DNA from: a metagenome
Sequence record: Ga0307515_10017642
Strand: one strand, 5' to 3'
Length of the DNA: 12,985 bases
Below, piece after piece: positions 9,260 through 12,985 of the stretch. The stretch's first letter is position 1. The number at the start of each line of letters is the position of its first letter. The notes beneath the pieces were generated by a model. That model did no database searches and was not told where the DNA came from. It was given only the letters and a program-made list of their open reading frames with translations. A program made the position numbers and the translations under genes.

Positions 9260-9929
9260 CTTGCGAAGACTCGAGGTTTTTAATGGAAGACGACGGTGGC
9301 TACCTGTACCCGCCCATCGGGAACGAGGGTTAGAGCTAGAACATTCGATCGATTGGAATGCTCCTCGTCTGAGGTCCTGTCTAGCGACTCCAAGTATCTG
9401 CGGAGCTCGTTCCGATCGATGAAATTGGGGATTGAGGTCATGCGCAGTGCGCGGTATACACGGTCGCTGGTCGGAGCCTGCCGCTTGGGGAATTCGGGTC
9501 TTCTGGCGTTTCGCTGTAGGCTGTATTACCCGGATGCGTGTACGGGAAACTCATTCTTCACACTGTCGGTATGCAACGGGGTGTCCAGGTGTGTAGCGAT
9601 GGCAGCTCTATAGGTAAGGTAAGGGAGTGGCGTAATGCGGATCACTACTCTAGTTTTGTGGCGTAGTAGACTATCTTTAGACTTTGTCGTTATCCAGTGT
9701 ACGTGCATTTGACAACGCAGGAGTAGTATTCTACAGTACGGTGTCTCTGAAGCGTTCTAACTCCACTTCCTCCCTGCCTCTTATCGACTCCACCATCGAC
9801 TCCAGTATTACAACATCACAGTCGATATCGCTCTCTTCCGCTGCTCTCGATTGTCTACGCCTCCGCACTCATCGACGCTTGTTCTCACCTTTCCGCTCCA
9901 ACCTTTTTCCTCGCCTGAGTCGCCTGGCC

Positions 9930-10110
9930 CCCGCCCTCGCGTCGTCCTCGTTGTCGTCCTTACTCAGTCCTCGTCTACTCCTCCGACGTCGTATACTCCG
10001 CTCCCGTCTAGAACTTATCTTCATTACTCCGTCGCCAATCCTTCGCCCTCATTTCTCCTCCCTCGTCGCTTTTTCCCTTGTCTACTCCGCCTTCGTCTCT
10101 AATCCCTCGC
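9930..10110 (+). repeat. TC-rich module, copy P1
   Basis: This is a direct repeat of 10410-10570. The best block is 9963-10014 against 10433-10485: CTCAGTCCTCGTCT...TCGTA.ACTCCGC....TCTA....TTATC. Confidence 0.6.
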
Positions 10111-10409
10111 ACCTCCTACGCGCCGTGTACACCTCTATCTACTCCTTGTCCTTATCTACTCTGTCGTACTGCGCTGGTCAAGACTCCTCTCGACTGTGCA
10201 TGCTTCTGTCAACGCCGAGTATTCTCACTACGCAACCTATAGCTCATTAGGATTATTTATGCTTATTGGCGTCGGGATGAGCGGACATTAAAGCTACTAC
10301 CCGCTCAGACTCGACATAAGCGCCGTGTGATTTTTGTTCATTAAGGAGTGCATCAAATAGACGGCTACAAGTCACTTCAGAGCCCCGGTGTCGTTTCTCT
10401 CCGTTATCG

Positions 10410-10570
10410 TCTCTATGCCGCCGTCGTCTCTCCTCAGTCCTCGTCTTCTTCACCATCGTACACTCCGCCCTTGTCTACGAGCACCTTATCGTACCCATGC
10501 TGTCGTCCACACTTATGCTATCGTCTACCCCTCTGCCCTTGTGCCTCCTTCGCCCTCGCCTTCGCCCAGT
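10410..10570 (+). repeat. TC-rich module, copy P2
   Basis: See P1. It has the same orientation and lies about 470 bp downstream. Confidence 0.6.
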
Positions 10571-11033
10571 TGAACTAAACTCTTGCTAACTCCCAACTTT
10601 GACTCCAACCGACTCTGTAGGCACACTTGGAAACAATTGTTCCTAACATAACCACCGAAAGTATCATATTCCTCGCCATTTCTTCAACAATCTCTCCCGC
10701 GGGCAGTCCTCCATTTCCATTTCATACTCTACGTTTTCCTCCTGCTACTTCTGGGTTCCGCCTTGCGGGGCGATGAGAGAGCCTGCACTGGCCTTCATAC
10801 TGCCAACAACCATATCAGTATTAACTTCCACCATTCACAGAAAGCAGAGGCCGTACGTTTTCGAGGTGGGGCGATACAAGGGCGTGGAATTGAGGGCAGC
10901 GTTAGGAACACCAAGGAGGCCAGAGTGGGGTTTCCAAAAGTCCGTCCTGGGTGGGCGGGGGTGTAGCCTATCCCGGACTATGACTTTTTGGACAGGGGTT
11001 TCTCGGACTAGGGGACGGTAGGTGTTGCGTATC

Positions 11034-11184
11034 CGATGGTAACAAAGGGTGGCACCGGCATACCCGAGGATATAACCGAGGTTCTCTGTATATATAACAA
11101 GCCTTTCTCTTCTCTCTTCTCTACATCTTAGTCTATACACACGGTTCTCCCATATCGCAAAAGTAGGTGTTGCAAGTGTAATGC
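11034..11184 (+). repeat. Dispersed repeat, copy B (same family and orientation as 3403-3563)
   Basis: See copy A. The TATA-like GTATATATAA is at 11088-11097, followed by a pyrimidine tract at 11103-11122. There is possible further patchy similarity downstream, for example 11640-11670 against 4465-4500. Confidence 0.65.
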
Positions 11185-11915
11185 GGAAGGAGTTTATTAA
11201 ACTATCTGAGGGAAAATCTCAGTCTTTATATACGGGAGAGCCTGGAGCTCCGTGGATGTCTATGGAAGTCTATGGATTGGATATACTAGGGGTGGAGCTG
11301 GTGGTGAGTGAAAAGCTATGTATGAGTCTACGAAAGCTTATGAGTCAATTCGCCGACCTCCAGTGTATCGGCGACTTCCTTCCAGGCCATAAAGTAACAG
11401 CAAGGCCTGCATATGAGCGGAGTGATGGATCCATGATGCGAGTGACAACTTGGTGATTTGGCGACAGCCTATCCATCGCGTGATAGACCTCGTCAAGTCG
11501 TTTCAGAGGTTGGTGGTGGTGTACAGCGGCTGCTAACTGTCTAGATGCATCGTATTCTTGATTAATGATGTTATTTTGGGAGGGAAAACTCGCAGCAACA
11601 CAGCGGCTACCTTCGCTAGGGCCCGACAGATCCCCGACCTGGGCCCTAGGTATACCTGCTCATGCCCCGACGTTTCTGGGCGCAGGAAGATGGGTGGATG
11701 CCTGGACTATTGGGAACCTTAGGCTAGAGAGCCACCCCCGGCTAAGAGAGGGTCGACACAATGTTTGAGCCCTCCGAGAGCTAGTATAAGTTTGTTGCAC
11801 TAAGATATGGGAAGAGTCGTCTATTGTCAAGTGAAGGAAAGACGATGACTCTACTGGGGCACTCCCATATTTATACTCCCCCGCAGCAGCCGCAAGAGTC
11901 CGTCCGCCCGCCAGT

Positions 11916-12985
11916 GTTTTGTTTGTTTTAATCATACTGTATTCACTCTACTTAGAGTATGACAGCCCCATAATCCCCTCCGCCTCCGGGCTAGCCGGTT
12001 AGATGGCGGAGCTCCACACCTGCTACCCATCGTCCCGTTCTGACAAAAGAAAAGAAAGCATCTGAAAGCGGCCGATATGATACAACGGAAAAGAGATGAA
12101 ATCAAAGAGATCCTGCCGGCTCTTACTCGTCCACCCATTGTCCACCGGCTCTTACTCCTCCACCAATTTTCGGCGGGAACTTCCCAACATCAGTGGCCAC
12201 GAGGAAGTCCATCACCGCTTGATCGCATATCTTCATGGAGAGCAGCTCAGAGACTTTCAGGTGTCGGCATCTGCCCGCTCTCCATCCCGTCGCCTTTCCC
12301 ACCTCTTTGCAGAGAGTTTTCTGCTGGCCTTTCCATCGGCTGCAGTGGTGGAAGAGATGTTCCCGCATCTGGGCCACCGTCCTATTTCCGCCGTCGCACC
12401 ACCCGCATTTGTCACCATGTCGATATCTGGACCGTTTTAGGTACGTGCCCACTGGCGCGTGTCCGGACTTCAGTCGGTAGAACATTGCTGCCAGGGGCTT
12501 CATGCCGTTCATTGGAATGGGCCTCTTGTTCCCAGCTTGGCCTTTCAACCTGTAGCCATGATGTTTACTGCATTTGTTGGCCTCCCACTCAGCCTTCACT
12601 GCCATCTTTGATACTGAGATTCGTGTCGTCCTGTTCACTGCCGAGGTGTATACTCACTCTCTTACTGTGTCTGATCTACGGGCTTCTCTCACTTGGTTCA
12701 CTTGGGGATCCACTTCCCCATTTCCGGGGATGCGAGTGTGTCCTGAGACCCAGTGGATTTCTTTAACTATGTCGGCATAGCAAAGAGTCCTTGCGCTCTG
12801 ATTAATCTGCCTGGCTAGCGGCTGTCCTGCTGCTGGTTCCAGGTCCTCCCTTCATCGAATGGCTGCTTCTGAGTCGCTGAAGTCAGGGACCTTATTCAAT
12901 GTACGCCATATATACATGAAAGTAGGTTCATCTATGTATAGATAGATACGGCTGAGCATCGTCAGCCCGTATCTCCAGCCCCATA
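11916..12985 (-). mobile_element. 3' portion of a degenerate non-LTR (LINE, Tad1/I-like) retrotransposon; the 5' side runs off the window
   Basis: The minus strand encodes an RNase H-like segment (DFSDSEAAIR*..., IHWVSGHTRIPGNGEVD). This is followed by the C-terminal Cys/His tail typical of fungal LINE ORF2: FYRLKSGHAPVGTYLKR...CGWCDGG...REHLFHHCSRWKGQQKTLCKEVGKATGW...CDQAVMDFLVATDVGKFPP. The stop is at 12123-12125. An untranslated tail of about 190 nt ends in the A-rich TTAAAACAAACAAAAC (plus-strand coordinates 11916-11931). Confidence 0.8.
12123..12985 (-). pseudogene. LINE ORF2 remnant (RNase H plus C-terminal zinc-binding-like tail) with internal stops
   Basis: A single reading frame is recognisable across in-frame TGA codons at 12852-12854 and 12654-12656. 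The 171-aa ORF at 12123-12638 is only the last open stretch of that frame. Confidence 0.75.

Larger units (their letters stand above)
5414..9441 (-). pseudogene. Decayed fungal NLR / STAND gene: SesB-like alpha/beta-hydrolase, NACHT NTPase, WD40 repeats
   Basis: Minus-strand ORF fragments can be chained in gene order: 9441-9283, 9259-9135, 9082-8857, 8809-8751, 8698-8423, 8361-8203, 8030-7794, 7781-7410, about 7400-6383 and 6251-5417. Diagnostic peptides: LVAVTGLAGHAFGSWK...MWLRDLL, VFVAHSLGGLIVKT (GxSxG), CLDGTRTDLLSEIELW, LNGMAGTGKSTI (Walker A), VVLVVDALDECE (Walker B), RVFITSRPE, GLFIYAVTIC, QYACRL*VYHL, FLKEHFIRWLEALSLIEKISDGVVMIKAFESLL, IIETAPLQIYNSALVFSP, and LEGHLDSVAVVAFSPDSKSLASAS (WD40). 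Canonical short introns preserve phase at 9083-9134 (GTATGC..TTGCAG), 8699-8750 (GTAGGT..CACCAG) and 8362-8422 (GTACGT..GAAAG). Further candidate introns lie at 8810-8856 and 6326-6382. Disabling lesions are in-frame stops at 9280-9282, 8200-8202, 7791-7793, 7407-7409, 7120-7122 and 6553-6555. There are also frameshifts, for example an extra AT in GATAT(AT)CTG near 7260 and shifts near 9280, 8857/8809, about 7040, about 6900 and about 6470. Confidence 0.85.

Noticed and set aside
6608-9613. Plus-strand ORFs over the NLR body (6608-6790, 6904-7209, 7570-7794, 7881-8105, 8505-8711, 8755-9042, 9111-9422, 9296-9613)
   Set aside because: All are antisense to minus-strand segments that carry strong NACHT or hydrolase motifs. 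None has a recognisable motif of its own.
9684-10250. 188-aa plus-strand ORF, together with 9851-10102, 10348-10578 and 10388-10573
   Set aside because: These are translations of a TC-rich repeated module (poly Ser/Leu/Pro/Arg low complexity). The sequence is duplicated and also occurs inverted at about 4760-4930, so it behaves as repeat DNA rather than a gene. The minus-strand ORF at 10253-10456 is similarly low-complexity (Arg/Glu-rich).
12077-12766. Longest ORF in the track (229 aa, plus strand), together with 12096-12440, 12235-12480 and 12574-12780
   Set aside because: These lie antisense to a clearly recognisable LINE ORF2 remnant. The translations are Ser/Pro/Leu/Cys-rich and carry no motif I recognise. 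Open antisense frames are common opposite real coding sequence.
1-12985. Prokaryotic defence system, CRISPR array or operon
   Set aside because: There are no regularly spaced direct repeats with unique spacers and no co-directional tightly packed ORFs with ribosome-binding sites. The window instead shows spliceosomal introns, a eukaryotic-type tRNA gene and a fungal LINE and NLR, so a prokaryotic interpretation is not supported.

Overview
This window reads as eukaryotic DNA, most likely from a filamentous ascomycete (Pezizomycotina). The evidence is short GT-AG introns, a Pol III tRNA gene with a T-run terminator, a fungal NLR domain architecture and a Tad/I-like LINE tail. I found no prokaryotic-style operon, CRISPR array or defence island, and no intact protein-coding gene that I can support. 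Supported content: (1) a tRNA-Ala(AGC) gene on the minus strand at 1659-1730. (2) A roughly 4 kb decayed NLR (STAND) gene on the minus strand at 5414-9441. Its architecture is SesB-like alpha/beta-hydrolase, then NACHT P-loop NTPase, then WD40. It carries at least 6 in-frame stops and several frameshifts, and its WD40 array has collapsed to about 2 units, one of them interrupted by a 297-bp foreign insert. (3) The 3' part of a degenerate non-LTR retrotransposon on the minus strand (11916-12985, running off the window). It includes the RNase H region and the C-terminal Cys/His tail of ORF2. (4) Several families of diverged dispersed repeats that bracket the NLR remnant. Most of the large ORFs in the track are antisense or low-complexity artefacts. 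The stop-codon spectrum, the G/A and C/T differences between repeat copies and the long ORF deserts fit RIP-like decay of a repeat-rich accessory region. All alignments and structures were done by eye, and none of the family assignments has been checked against a database.
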